A stretch of DNA of 64,000 nt. Origin: Spongospora subterranea f. sp. subterranea. Taxonomy: Eukaryota. The DNA lies in the NCBI GenBank assembly GCA_049724395.1, contig JAUGWO010000055.1, positions 1 to 64,000 on the forward strand, written 5' to 3'. Under the pieces are notes generated by a model, which was not told where the DNA came from, made no database searches, and saw only the letters and a list, made by a program, of their open reading frames with translations. The position numbers and the translations under genes are program-made. The stretch's first letter is position 1. Every line of letters begins with the position of its first letter. Of this stretch, positions 12,509-25,344 are shown piece by piece.

Positions 12509-13081
12509 TTCAATTATAAGAACTGATTGATACGGAGACGATCGCAAAAATCATTGACAACTCGATTCTTAACATGCAAGCATTGGTCAGATATGTAATT
12601 GTAAACGATGCCGAACCGTTTGAACCAATCAAGCAGGGCACTGACGACAACGCGGTGATCTGCGGACGAACAAGGAACTATCAAATCCCCAAACCACTGA
12701 GATCATCTTTGACATCAAGAGCATAAGTATGAGAATGTCGCCAGGCCTTGTTGGGCTTGCAGATATATACGAAATCATAATGAGGATTTCGTTAGGGTTC
12801 GAAGCATGAATGGCAGAACCTAACGGTCTGGGGACCATTTTACGCGAAGACAATGAAGGGCATGAATTGACAAACGCCTCCACAGTTCCATTAGAAATAT
12901 CGCCCAATAGGAGCGACGGTGGATGTGATACCTTGATGACCCGAAAGCCCACTATCAGGTTCTCGAAAGGCTTTTCTAGAATAAACCTTCATTGTTTCCA
13001 TATTGGTGAAAATTATAGGAAATCTGATTGGGTGTCCCACAGAAGTTACTCGAACACATATTTACAGGTTAAGGAACAGAT

Positions 13082-13465
13082 GTGTTCTACCGTCTCTACC
13101 CTTGTCCCTCATGTTCCTTTGCCTTAGTATGCGCAGCCCCTCTGACTGACGGTCCAGTCAAGACAGGTAAGGGGCCAGAGGTGTTTCTACCGTCTTTACT
13201 GTCTCTACCCTTGTGCCTCTTGTTCCTTTGCCCTAGTATACGCAGCCCCTCTGACTGACGGTCCAGTCAAAAAGGGCCAGAGGTGTTTCTACCGTTTCTA
13301 CTGTCTCTACCCTTGTCCCTTTGCCCTAGTATACGCAGCCCCTCTGACTGATGGTCCAGGCAAAGGAGCAGAGGCGCTTCTACCGTCTCTACCAGTTCTC
13401 TACCCTTGTCCCTTTTGTTCCTTTGGCCCCAATATGCGCAGCCCCTCTGACTGACGGCCCAGCCG
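13082..13465. repeat. ~100-bp degenerate tandem repeat, 4 units
   Basis: Core tctctacccttgt..ccttt gccctagtat.cgcagcccctctgactga.ggtccag recurs near 13131, 13241, 13335 and 13438. Confidence 0.9.
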
Positions 13466-13607
13466 AGTCGCTACGAGTGTGACAGTGGGGCGGTCTGCTC
13501 ACAAGGCCGCGCCCGTCTCCAACATACGGCAGAGGCAGACGGAGTTGGGAATACGGAGGACAGTACAGCGTTGGGCAGAACATCAGTTGGTTGCCAGATC
13601 ATACGTC

Positions 13608-13952
13608 ATGGGACGCCGAGCCACCGCCTCATTCTCTGAAGAGCCTATAAACTATCTGCTGAACCCACTCCGAGGTTTTGCTGCCGACTCGTATCGGCTC
13701 ATCGTAAAGTGTACCAAACCCGATGCCAAAGGTACTCGTTTTACTTTTTTGTAATTGATATATGTAAATTGTCGTTGATCTTAACTCTATTCTTACTTCT
13801 CTCTTCTAATTGATCTCTCACCTTCTTCTTCAGAATTCAAGAAAATCGCCATGGCGACATCGATCGGCTTCTTGGTTATGGGATTCACTGGTTTTTTCAT
13901 CAAGCTGATCCACATTCCGATCAACAACATTCTCGTCGGAAGCGGCCCATAA
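13608..13952 (+). CDS. SEC61G: Protein translocon subunit Sec61 gamma (2 exons: 13608-13731, 13834-13952; 80 aa)
   Basis: Spliced product ..[55 protein letters not shown] intron. Confidence 0.95.
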
Positions 13953-14022
13953 CTTATTCCATCAATGAATTGTAAAAATTGCTATTGCCCACTCACTTGC
14001 AGTATAATCACGATAGAAAGGT

Positions 14023-17000
14023 TCATTTTATATTAATTTCCGGCCTCCGTAAAAAGCCGCGAGCACGAATGAGAGCAGGGAATAGAGACCTAGCCCGAAG
14101 CTTTTCTTCGCTTGTTTCTGCCTTTATGGCGAAAAACGGATTTACCATGACAGGAACATAATTACCGGAAGAACGTTCCTCTTGTATTGGCTGTTGCGAA
14201 ACTCGTTCCATTATCGCGCTGACGCTTTTGAACAATCTTGTGCCATAAAACCCTTCGCTGGTATCCTCAAAATCGGTTAGCGGATTCAGAGCTTTACTTC
14301 TAACGCTGATGGTCGAACCGAGCGGAACGTTTAGGTCAGATAATGTCCTCGAATCCCCTTCCAGTTCGCAAGCGTTGCCGTCGACAATGAGATGTAGAAC
14401 TTGTTCTCCGATATTGATACCCAAGCGATCCTGGAGTTCTTCTTTTAATCTTGATAGACGCCAGCTCGTCATCACTTGGAGCCAACTAGCTGCACGACGC
14501 GCCGAAATACTTGCCATGCCGTGCTCAGCTCTTTGAACTAAAACCAATCCCGAATCGCTATCATTTGTGGATGGTTGAAAGCTGGAGTCCCCAGATAAAA
14601 TAACATCGCGTGCCTTTCGAAGATTGTCGACGCATTCTGGGTTAGAGCACGGAGGAGGATCAAGCGAACTTGTAACCGCCATCCATTGGCGCGCAAGTCG
14701 TTGCCTTGACGTGTCGAGATTGGCAAAGGAGATGATGACCGGACCGCCTACGCACGAAAATATGGACTCAATGTAATCCCAATCCTCAGAAGGTAGCGCC
14801 ATTAATGGTTGGGAGAATGATGAAGCGTCCATCGATTTAGCAGGAGCCAGTGCAGGAGTAACTCCAACTTCACATGGGATATTAACGACATGAGCGCCGC
14901 CGTGGGGACACAACAAGTCACCTGGCATTATTGGGCCAGGATAAACCGAGTCAGACTTGATTTTCAACCAGTTATTCATGGACGAAATCCAGCAATATCG
15001 AACCAGATAGAACCTGTCCAGTGTGGGAGGCTGAGATGACGGAAACGGCCGAGCTCGTTTGTATATTTGGCGCAAACGCGTCAATATCTCTGGGGTGCAG
15101 ATGTGCTCCTCCATTCGAGGTCGTTTCGATTCTGGGGGTTTTTCATGGCTGCCGGCAGAAAGCAGTGTAGGTTGAGATAATGCCAATGCACAAGCGGAGC
15201 ATAACTGCGATTGATTCAGGGATATATCGCAGCCGCATAGCGAAACAAGGTACTCCCATGCTGATGTCGAGATGAAGAAGAAATCGCCAATTCGTCGTGG
15301 ATCTACTCTTTGATGGTCAGAGCAGAGCAAGGCGGCGTTGATGATGCGTCCATCAGGGTATGAACCGGAATCTCCTCGTTCACCTCGTAACCAATCAACC
15401 AACCACTGTTGCTCTATGATATTGAATTTATCATCGGGTGCAGGAAGACATCTTTCCCAAAACGTTGCGATTTGTGACCGGCGAAGCGTGATTCTGTTAA
15501 TCAGATCTTGTTGGCGATTAATGGAGGCAAGATGAGTTGCCTTCTGTAGAGCATCCCTCTCTTTTACAAATAATTTCATCTGCATCGGCGGTTCAGGAAA
15601 CCTTTCCAAAAGACGGCCCCGCTTTGCATAGACTAACATGTATGCCGTGTCCGACGATATATACCGCGTGCTGGAACCAGATACAAGATGGCCAGGACTG
15701 ACGTCGCCATCGTTAAAGCGTGTCCATTGGCCACTGAGTTCATCGCGAATTTCGGCGATATAGTGGCCAGAATGCGTCGACTCCCCAGTGTGGAGTATGA
15801 CCGCCGTCAAATCGTAAACGACCAAATCCTGCGCCTCGGCATTCTGGAAAGTTAGAACCAGCGGAATGTCAACGGCAATGTGCAGTTTGACTTTCGTCTG
15901 CGATTTGCGATTGTAAACGAATCTCATCAACTGAATGTGGAGAATCGGAGGAATATGTTCAAGCTCGAGACTGCGATCGGCATTACACTTGTCGTTGCAT
16001 ACCCCACAGTTGTAGCGATTATTTCCTGATATACAGGTGTAAACAATTTTACGAATGATAAAACCGTAACACAGGTGTAGAATGAACAGAGAATAAAACG
16101 CGAAGATATTCTCAAAATTGAAACAAATTGGCTTTAAATCACGTACAAAGAATTGTAATTGATAGCGTCAGAGTTTAAAATCGGTCATACCTGATAACCT
16201 TTCCGAGTGAAGATACAGAGCAAGGCAAGTTTCAATAGCGAAAACCTGTTTAGTGACAGGAAGACACAGCTCCGTAAATGATGACCGACGCACTGAAGCC
16301 TTATGGCACCGCAGACACGTTGTTTTATGAACAAATCGCCCTTCAAATTGCTGAGTGATAAACTGGCGACACGACGGTGTTGCACTGGAAGACAAGCCCG
16401 ATTGCAAAAAAGTCAAAAACAAATGGGTAAATTCTTGGACGTCTTGTTGATGACAAATCCGTAATCCCAACAAGGTTACAAGCCTCGTTGGATCAATAGT
16501 TGACGATGAACTGACTTGGAGGCAGGTAAACAGCACCTTCAGTTCAACCAAAACGGTCTGGTCATAATCTCCAGAATCGACAGTAGCCTCGTGATCGTAG
16601 ACAATTTGACGAAACATCGTGTTCCAGAACAAACACTGGACGAAAACATTGAAAAAGCATGTGGCACCGAGGTTTCGTAGTCCGCGCGGGACGCCGGGTA
16701 CGGCCTCAGTAATCGCTGGAACAACGTCCCCAAGTTCAGAAACCTGTAGCGATATGGAACGCCAAAATGGAGCAGATTTCATTCCACTCTTTGCCCGTTC
16801 AACGCATTTCGGGTGATCCACACAGGAACGGCCTTTGTTGTTGTGATAATTACATCGTGGAACATGTAAATTGAACGCCCGTTTGCAAATCGCTTCACAT
16901 TCACCTTGCCCAGGAATGGCTCCACCGATGAAGTCAGCTAATGATGCTAAATTCGTTGAGGTGGTTTCCAGCGTTAACGGCTCGCCGATGATTGAGGGAG

Positions 17001-17049
17001 AACCAGAGGGTGATGGCGCAGGAACATCGCGCGCCGCAGTAGGAGACAT
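14023..17049 (-). CDS. Ubiquitin-specific protease, USP48/UBP26-like (USP + DUSP-like + C-terminal ubiquitin-like)
   Basis: Cys box GLRNLGATCFFN, HQQDVQEF, His box HTGESTHSGHY..W.RFND; GPI/GRI-N..LLC.H DUSP-like motifs; Ubl-like segment near the C-terminus. Intron ~16028-16190; 3' end may include a further intron. Confidence 0.9.
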
Positions 17050-17649
17050 GGCTGTCGCTCGACGGTGCCCGAGCCACTATGCCGGGGGCGACAACGAACG
17101 GACGCCACGTGCCACGCCTCTCACAGTTGGACGTCAACGACGACCACGAGCTGCGCAGTTCCGATTGCTATTTGACACCGTCCATCGCCTGAACCTGATT
17201 CACTCGACTTCCTGATCGAAAACGATTTTGATCATATTGTTCGACCTGGACATTAACGACAGTGATTAACGTTATCAACGGGTCATGCTGAATCACAGAG
17301 GCGGCGCGTTCACTCGGTCCTGTCGTTTGTTGTTTCATCGTCAGCGTGGCACGGCGTGATGATTCCAACTGGGCGTGGCCTCCCCATTCCTGGTACTTTG
17401 GTCCCGTATTTGCCAGGTCAGGTCAGATTCCCTGAATGTTCGGCTGACCAATGATGATTCCCGATCGTTCAAGGTGGATCGTTCGATGACCGAAAACAAA
17501 GACGCTGCTGGTTCGTGAATTTCGTGGGTTGTCCCTGATGAGGGCCAGCATATGGCGGCCACAGTGGAATCTGTTTGAGGTGATGCGGGCCTGGGAAGGT
17601 CTTGTGTACGAGCATAGACGATGCGAGTACAAATAATTAATCGACCCAT

Positions 17650-18155
17650 TCCCTTCACGTCGCTCTTATCCCTATCGATATCTCCATATCCATCCGATAT
17701 GTATATTGGAAGGCTGACGCCGGGAGCGCGGTGTTGAATCACGCCCAGCACGCGCCGAATTGTTTAGTTTCCATTGATCAATCAACAACAACACTCTGCT
17801 AAATGCTGTATCAACCGCGTGCTCCTAAGTTGGACTATTTCTAGACCCGCCCTTTCTCCTCAGCCACAGGTCTCGCAGACAAGTAAAGACCATGAGAGAT
17901 GAGCCATCAAAGAACGTGTCCCGCGCGGCAACAGGCAAAGCTGCCTACGATATCGGAATGAAGTTGAAGCCTTTATGACGCCAATGTCGGGGCTTGGCTG
18001 TACCATATCGAGACAGCTGCGACGATCTCAGGGTTGGATCAGGCGCCGAGAAAGATCCGATGGCTGAGGCCATGACTTTCAACATGGAGGTGGATACCAT
18101 CCGCGAAATGATGATCGGCATACGTTCCCCGAAAGAGGCCATGGATGCCATCTAA
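17650..18155 (+). mobile_element. Copia 5' LTR fragment plus truncated gag N-terminus
   Basis: 17696-17830 matches the reverse complement of LTR 18230-18355. Followed by frameshifted gag-like text (..NVGAWLYHIE..AEAMTFNMEVDTIREMMIGIRSPKEAMDAI). Confidence 0.55.
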
Positions 18156-18199
18156 ACGGAGTACGCTGGCGTCACGAAAACAGGATCTGGCGTCGTTGC

Positions 18200-21100
18200 A
18201 GATACAGCTTGCGATGTCTTAATAGAATAAGTCTTTCTTGGGAGCACGAGCTCGATAGCAAGTGGTTGTTGATTGATCATGCTGAATCATGGATACTAAA
18301 CAACCTGACGAGCGCCACCGCTCTCCCGTCGTCACCCTTCCAATATATATCAGGCACCAGCGACGGATGCACACAACCCCTGACGTTTGTCAACGCCTCT
18401 CTCGACGTGCTCGAACCTATTGTGGCAATCCTTAACGCGTTTCCCTTGCGTAATGCCATCGGATCCGGATGTGTTTGTTGCGATCCGTAATCGTGTTCGT
18501 CTGCACGATCTGCTCCGCAGCTGGGTTGTCTTCCAGCACGATCGATGGATTCCTCAATCGGAATCCAATCCTATCCAGCAACAAGCGAATCCATGCAGCT
18601 TCTCGCGCCAACTCGCTGGCAGCGATATATACTCGGATGACGTCGCCACCATTCCCCGCTGCTTAGAACGCCAACATACGATTGCACCCCTAACGAGCAC
18701 AATGAATCCCGTGATTGACTTGGAAATATATCTGGTCGTCCATCGCGAAGTCGGAATCGACCGCCCATCCGCGGTTCGCTCGTCTTCTCGATGTCATCAC
18801 GCAGTGCCTCGGGGATCAAATCCGTTGACCGGGACGTGGCTCCTCTTGAACCTGTTGCCGATATCGGGACAACAACCTTCGAGAGACACCGCATCACATG
18901 CACCATCATCGTGAGGTGTTCGACAGCGGTGTCACATCCGGACGATTGCCGGACTGATGAGTGTACCAGGCACCCTACACCTTCCCTGGACTGTTCGTGC
19001 TCACCACTCTTGCGTCGTCGATGATTCTAACCGGTGCATGGTCTCCTCTGCCTCCCACCGACTCGTCGATCTGTGCCCGGAATCGCTCCACGACCCCATC
19101 TAGCATATATTGGGTCTGATCCAGTCCTGCTGTACTCTCATCCCCAGAATCCATCGGGCTGGCCCATTTTAAAGGCCCTGCCTGACTCCGTCTTCACGCG
19201 CCGCTCGATCTGATTCGGTGTTCGTACCAATCATCACGACGTCGTCCACGAGCACACCATTTGGTGACCAACTCCATTCACCTCTGTGCTTGTTGTGAGC
19301 AGACAGGGATCCCCAATGCACAATCCTAAACCCCATCTCGTCAACTACCTAACCACCACAGCCTTGGCGCCTCCACCAGTCCGTACAAAGCCGTTTTCAA
19401 CCGCCACACCCTTTTGGAGCGATCACCACGTGCGAGGTTTTTTCGCGGTTGCTCGCGGTACATCGCCACCGGTAGGACCCCATTCAAACAAATGCGGTTT
19501 TCACGTCCGGTTTGGTGAGCGATGGCGCCACACATTGCCGCCAGTGATATCATGATTCGCAACGTCGCGTACCGTAGCGTCGGAGCATATTGCTCCTTGA
19601 ATCAATCGCAGACACCCTTCACCTCGAAACGAGCCTTGAACCTAGCGATCTCCCCTATTTCATCTCGCTTCATGGTGTTCACCATCACCGACGGCATCAC
19701 CCGCGTTGGCCGGTCCACGACGTCGAATTCGTCCTCGTCCACTAACGCTTTGAACTCCTCCTCTTAGGCTGCCAAGAACTCTTTCTTGTTCATCGACTCG
19801 CGCTCGTTCCGCGGGTTCGTCGCCATTCGATCTAATGACACGAACGGCATCAGGGCGTCATCAGTCTTCTTAATCCAATCATTTGGAAGATCATCGTCGT
19901 TCGTAGGATCAAAGGACACACCTTGGTCGTCGTCATGGCTCATGTCTGGCTCTACTGCGGAATCCTCCCGCTCCATGACCACCGCCGCCCTTTTGCGACG
20001 CGCCTCACCATCAAAGTCCAGGTCCGCCAACCGTATCGGTTGTCCCGATCGCGATCTGATCGCCGTCGTGATTGTTCAGCAGATGAACCCTTCCGTATGC
20101 CGCCCTGACCAATCCTTTCGTGTCGTGCATCTACTTGTACTTGACCGACCTGTCCGCCCTGGACATGGTCCCTGTCAACGCGATCTTCACCGCGGGCGCC
20201 AATCTCGTCGCGATCTTGGTGTTCACAGCTTTCCAGATCCATCAGCACATCGAGCCGAAAGATCATTGAATCACGCGACGTGGTATTCGTCGAGAAGGAA
20301 TTTTCCTTCAAACGCGAGCGGCTTCCTGCATACGCTTCTCTGAAGCTTCCCCATCGCCGCTCGCGTTTGAAGGAAAATTTCTTCTCGACGAATACCAAGT
20401 CGCGTGATTCAATGATCTTTCGGCTCGACCACAGCAACACCCGGTAGGCCATTCTATTCTGACACACGCCCAATGCACTGTCTTTTCAGCCTTCGGATCC
20501 AGTTTTGCCGAATGTTTCCGCCGAACCTGTTACCCAAGCCGAAGCTCTGGTCAGGTCGGGGTTCTCACCAGTCAACTCCTCGATTGGGGATGTCCTGCCG
20601 TATCCTGTCTCGCCAGTGGGACACGGTTGTGGATCCACGTTTGGTATTGGGCATTCTCCGTCCAATACTGCCCCGATCGCGCCTACGCCGCCCTGACCAT
20701 TCGGGCAATCTTCTTTCCAACCGTTCCCGCAAGACCATTCCGAAAAGGTCGGTCTGTGTCTTCGATGCCCTGTTGTCGAAGTTCCTAGGGTGTCAATGCG
20801 GTCCCGCTTCAAATCGTTTTGAGAGAACACCCATCATTACATCCGCCTGCTGATCTTTCGTTGTCAGGTTCACCGTTGCCAGCGTTCCCGTTGCACGGTC
20901 TGCGTAGACTGCCATGTACCGTTTCCCATGAACGCGACCGAGTATCAAAGGTTTGCAACAGATCAGCGCCAACGATCTGTAGTGGGCTGAGGACCATCCT
21001 TGTCGTCTGCATCGGAATCAGCGCATTGTTGAGGTTTGCATCAATACACACCTTGCATCTGGGCACTTCGGTCTTGGCCTGTTCAGGTGGGTCCACTGTC

Positions 21101-22260
21101 AGCCCGAGCACCGCCCCATGTGCAATTGTCTTCTTGATAGTTATGTGGAAAGGTCGCCTAACCTTGCGTGTGCTGTCGCCATGGAGATGACCTTGCCGCT
21201 GGCCCCGGCCTGTCTTTGTACGTCGGATTTGAATGTTCAGGTTCGGGGGGCGGCCGGAGCCAACCCCTTCCTGTAGATCCAGGTACAGCGGTGTCGGTCA
21301 CCAACACCTTGTCGTTCTTGTCGCGGATCTGAGACGACCGCGCCGTCGTCACGTGCCCCGCGCCTGTCCCCCAGCCTGGACAGTGCCGTTCCAATGGCGA
21401 AGAGGTTCGCGACTGCATCGGGCGCATATCCGGCCTCAATCTTGATGTGCCCTCCAGACGCCGCCGTCCGCAGCACGATCTCTCCTCGACCGTGGATGCG
21501 TCAACGATCCCTTCACCAATGTGAAGTGTGTCTGGCTGGTCGAGATGTGATGGCCCCATATCCATAACCCAATCGCGATCGCCATGTCGAAGGTTCTCCC
21601 CGCTCGATAAAGACCACATTGAGCATTGCGACGTCGGCGCCTCCGTCTCGTTGACCACCACCACCACCACGACCCACCCGATTTCCTGTCCTCCTGACAG
21701 TTCGCCGCGCGATGGCCGGCCTTGTCGCATCTAAACACCTTCCTCTAAACTTGGTCCATCCTCCCGTGGTGGTCATTACCCTCTTGGGTGACACCCTCTC
21801 CTCTTCGTCTTCCATTTGTGTCCGTTGACGAATACGGGCCACCACCTTCCTCTTGACCTCTGAGGGTGTGAACTCTGCGCTCTCCAGATTCAGCAGTTGA
21901 CGTCCAATTGCCGATCAGATAATCTGCCATGGCTCTTCATATCTTCCAGCTCATCCGGGAGACCCATCGTGATTTTGAATGACAGGTCGTGGGCGCTCAG
22001 TTAATAGTTTGCATCCACATGCGCGATATCTGCCGCCGTCTTCGCATTTCAGCAAGTACTCCTGGCTAACCAGTCCAAACAATTCTGCCATTTAGAACGC
22101 CATGCGGCACGGTCGATCACGCTGAACAGCAACTCACCGACAGGGAACGAGAGCGGACTGACAAGGAACTGATTGAGTCACATTCGTCCACGGCAACGAC
22201 GTGATATTCCGTTGAAAACCAACGGCGCATCCCAACGACAACAGATGGGTCGGTATAACC
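18200..22260 (-). mobile_element. Degenerate Ty1/copia retrotransposon (gag, protease, integrase, RT, RNase H, 3' LTR)
   Basis: Zn knuckle CFRCDKAGHRAANC; DWVMDMG; CKVCIDA; GKLDPKA..GVCQNRMAYRV..IIESRD; KARFEV; LKTALYGLVEAPRLW; EDN..KHIRIRWHY; many frameshifts. Confidence 0.9.
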
Positions 22261-22420
22261 TAGAACCTTCTTATCCACCATCGTTTGAGCCGCGGGGGGA
22301 TCAAGGTCCCCTCCCCTAGCTGCAGTTCAGATGGCGCCATCAAGGGGTTGCAGATTGTGGTCAGAAAAGCGACGCCGGTTCAAATCAGGAATGGACAGCG
22401 CGACCGAAATGATGATTATG

Positions 22421-24124
22421 TTAAGGTTGATCATGATTATTTATTCTTCGGCCCAGATCTGTGCTAACGACGCCATCATCGGCGAGATCCCTCTTGTGGA
22501 ATTTCCTCATATGGGTTTCGAGGATCGACCACCGCGTGAGGTTCTTCAGGCAGATTTTGCACTGATAGGCGCGATCCGGGTAATGGGTCCGTTCGTGCTG
22601 GACTAAGGTGCCGTGTTGCCGGAACCGTCGCCCGCACACTTGGCATTCGAACGGCTTCTCTTTCGAGTGCACCAGCTCGTGCGACCGCAGCTTCCCGATG
22701 CGCCCAAACGAATGACCTGACAACACTCGCAATGGGTATCAACCGCCAAACAACAAACCAGCGCCATCCAATAGCGTCATATAAACGGATAAAATTTTCC
22801 CCAACGACAAGCAAATCTGGCAACGCGCAATTTGAGATAGTGAAGATCGTAAACCAAACGAGTGCAACGCTGGATGGACAATGTGTTGACGCCCTACCGC
22901 AAAGTTTACAGGTGAATTTGGGTTCCCGACGGTTGGAAGGACTATTCCTGTTCTCGGCGGCGATTGGAGAGGCGATCGCGGCCTCGATCCTTTCGTGGAA
23001 GAGATGCGGGCCCTCGGAGGCGCGGAATAACCTGCGTGAATGCCGACCTCGGGCTGATTCGCAACCTCATCGTATTCTGATCGGCAAAAGAGACCTCAAA
23101 AATCTGGACCCAGAAATTGGAACTGACAATGAAAGACGTGTGAAAAATCGACATCAAAAAAACGGGCTATCATGGAAAATTGGTAGATCATTTGCCATAT
23201 ACAGAAACAGGGGGGCAGATGATTTGTTACAGGCAAAAAATCGTTACACGCCATCCGATGACGGACAACGTATCGTTACGGGCAACACAGCGTGTCACAG
23301 ACACTACTACCGGGAGCGGTCGTATGGCGGGCGGCGGACCCAAGGGATCGATGGACCCAAAATTAGGGTCTGTGGGTCCATGACCACTGCGCCAACAACA
23401 GTACGACCGCGATGGGTCCGAGATTGGTCCCCGTGAACATCGATCCAGACGATGCGTCGAAGCGGCATTGCACGGGACCGCCCCCGATCCGAGAACGGCA
23501 ACAGAAAAAAAAACAAATTTCGCCAACTGATGGAAACGGTTTCGGACGACAAAATCAAAAACCATTGATATTGAATATCTGGCTCTGCAAAAATGGCGAT
23601 AAAATTTCGGGCAATACCTGAATTTGGAGAGTCTTCGCGATGGGATCGTTTGTTGATGGAACTACGTGCGTTAGACAATGTGCATTTTCCCCGACGGGAG
23701 CCAGGGCATCGTGCAGTTTGGGGCCGGATGGGGACAGCGGCTCCACGCTGTGGTCGGCGGCAGTCTGGCCGTCCAGGAACGGCTCTACGCTGGGGACAGC
23801 ACCAGCAGCGGCGGCCAGACGGGCCGTGTGCTTGTACGTCAGATAACGTCCCACGATCGTGGCCAGGTCGCCGGGTTCCGGGGCGATAAATGGCGGCATG
23901 TGCGGGACTGTAGCTAGACCTACAAACTGTGTCATGGCGTTCCAATCGGTGTGCGGTGCACTCATCGTCACAATCATCAAGCCCCAAATCGGGTCCAAAT
24001 CACGACAACCGGCCGCAGACAGATCTGAAATCGGATTCCGAGAAACTGCGCCGGAAGATCGGGACGGACTGCGGCAAGGCAGTCTCGGACTTGGTTGCGA
24101 CCAGGGACCTCTGGGAACGTCCAT
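22421..24124 (-). CDS. C2H2 zinc-finger protein with three C-terminal fingers (multi-exon)
   Basis: Splicing ~22898 to ~22717 gives FTCKLCGHSFGRIGKLRSHELVH-SKEKP-FECQVCGRRFRQHGTLVQHERTH-YQCKICLK..LETHMRKFH. 5' exons and start (MDVPRGP, 24124) are tentative. Confidence 0.75.
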
Positions 24125-25344
24125 CTTGTTGCTCCGCAATCGAAACACGAGCGCCGATCGAGAAAATCGCCGCCAGGCGAAGGAAGGCGAGTAAGGGGGT
24201 TGAGCGTTTCACTGTTTTCGTTGAAACTGCCTGATTGAGGTCGGCCGGGAATGAAGCGGGACTGGCCGTAATCACGATATTTTGCCCGGTTTTAGCCACG
24301 CCTCCGGTATCGGTAGAGCGCGCGGATTATTCCCAACGACTAAGAAGAAAATTCGACGACGGGCGGTAGGTCAATGAGCTCATCATATGGGTTCAAATGG
24401 ATTTGTATCAATATATAAAGCGTTGGGCATTTTTTTTCATGTGATTCTTGTCCAACCTATTTTTCAAGAATTCCTCGACCTGACCAGGTATATGGTCGGT
24501 GAGGTTTCAGTTCCCCCTGTTGATCGTTCGGGGAACCCGCTGTCATAACCATGGATATTTCACAACTCTGTTGATTATGATCGTCGCACCGTTGGTGATG
24601 ATTTTTCCTGCAAATTACCAGACCTGGGCCTGTATTCTGTAATCGGCTGCAGTCAACCGCCGTCTCGGGCGTGTCTCGCTCAGCATCTTGGTTCGGGGTT
24701 TCCGGTCTGGGTGATTATTTTTGAGGTGGTCACGATTACTTGGGCAACAAGGTCTGTAATCGAACTGGGAACCCTTCTCCATCATCATCGGTGTTCTTGA
24801 TCGCGGGATTTTTCTCCTGGGTTTCTTAAACTCACACCCGTTAGCCTTCGCCTCTGATACAGAAAACCCCAAATATCGAAGAACAATGGCAATAAAATCA
24901 CATGACACGGGCAACATTATGCACTAAAAGCCATTCGAAACCAGTTGCGACATGTGTAGTAATATCATGAATTCACAGAAACAAGGCGGTGTTAGTTCGC
25001 GGGTCCCGTCGCCAACAGTGCTGAATCCGAATTCCGTTGGCGCTTCGGTTCGTCGTCTTCAAGGGTTAACGTGTCGTGCTGTGGCCACCCAGCTGATCTG
25101 CAACCGCCAAGACCCTGCCATCTTCTGTCAGACCCTCGTCCGTATCTGCCGACCAAACGCTACATATCGGTCGACGTCCACTGGCACTTCGCGATAAGTT
25201 TCGCTTCAGAATCATCAAAACAATTCATCGCAAACCTCATGATCGTTGTAATAGATTTCACGCTGCGCCATGTGCCCCTGGTCAACCCTGATCACTCCAC
25301 AGCTCCTCTAATTCTCCCAAACTTTACTTTTAACAAAATTCATT

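Noticed and set aside
13082..13465. Hammerhead ribozyme repeats
   Set aside because: No CUGAUGA...GAAA core with the required stems found by eye.
22732..23436. 234-aa + strand ORF
   Set aside because: No recognisable features; antisense to the zinc-finger gene.
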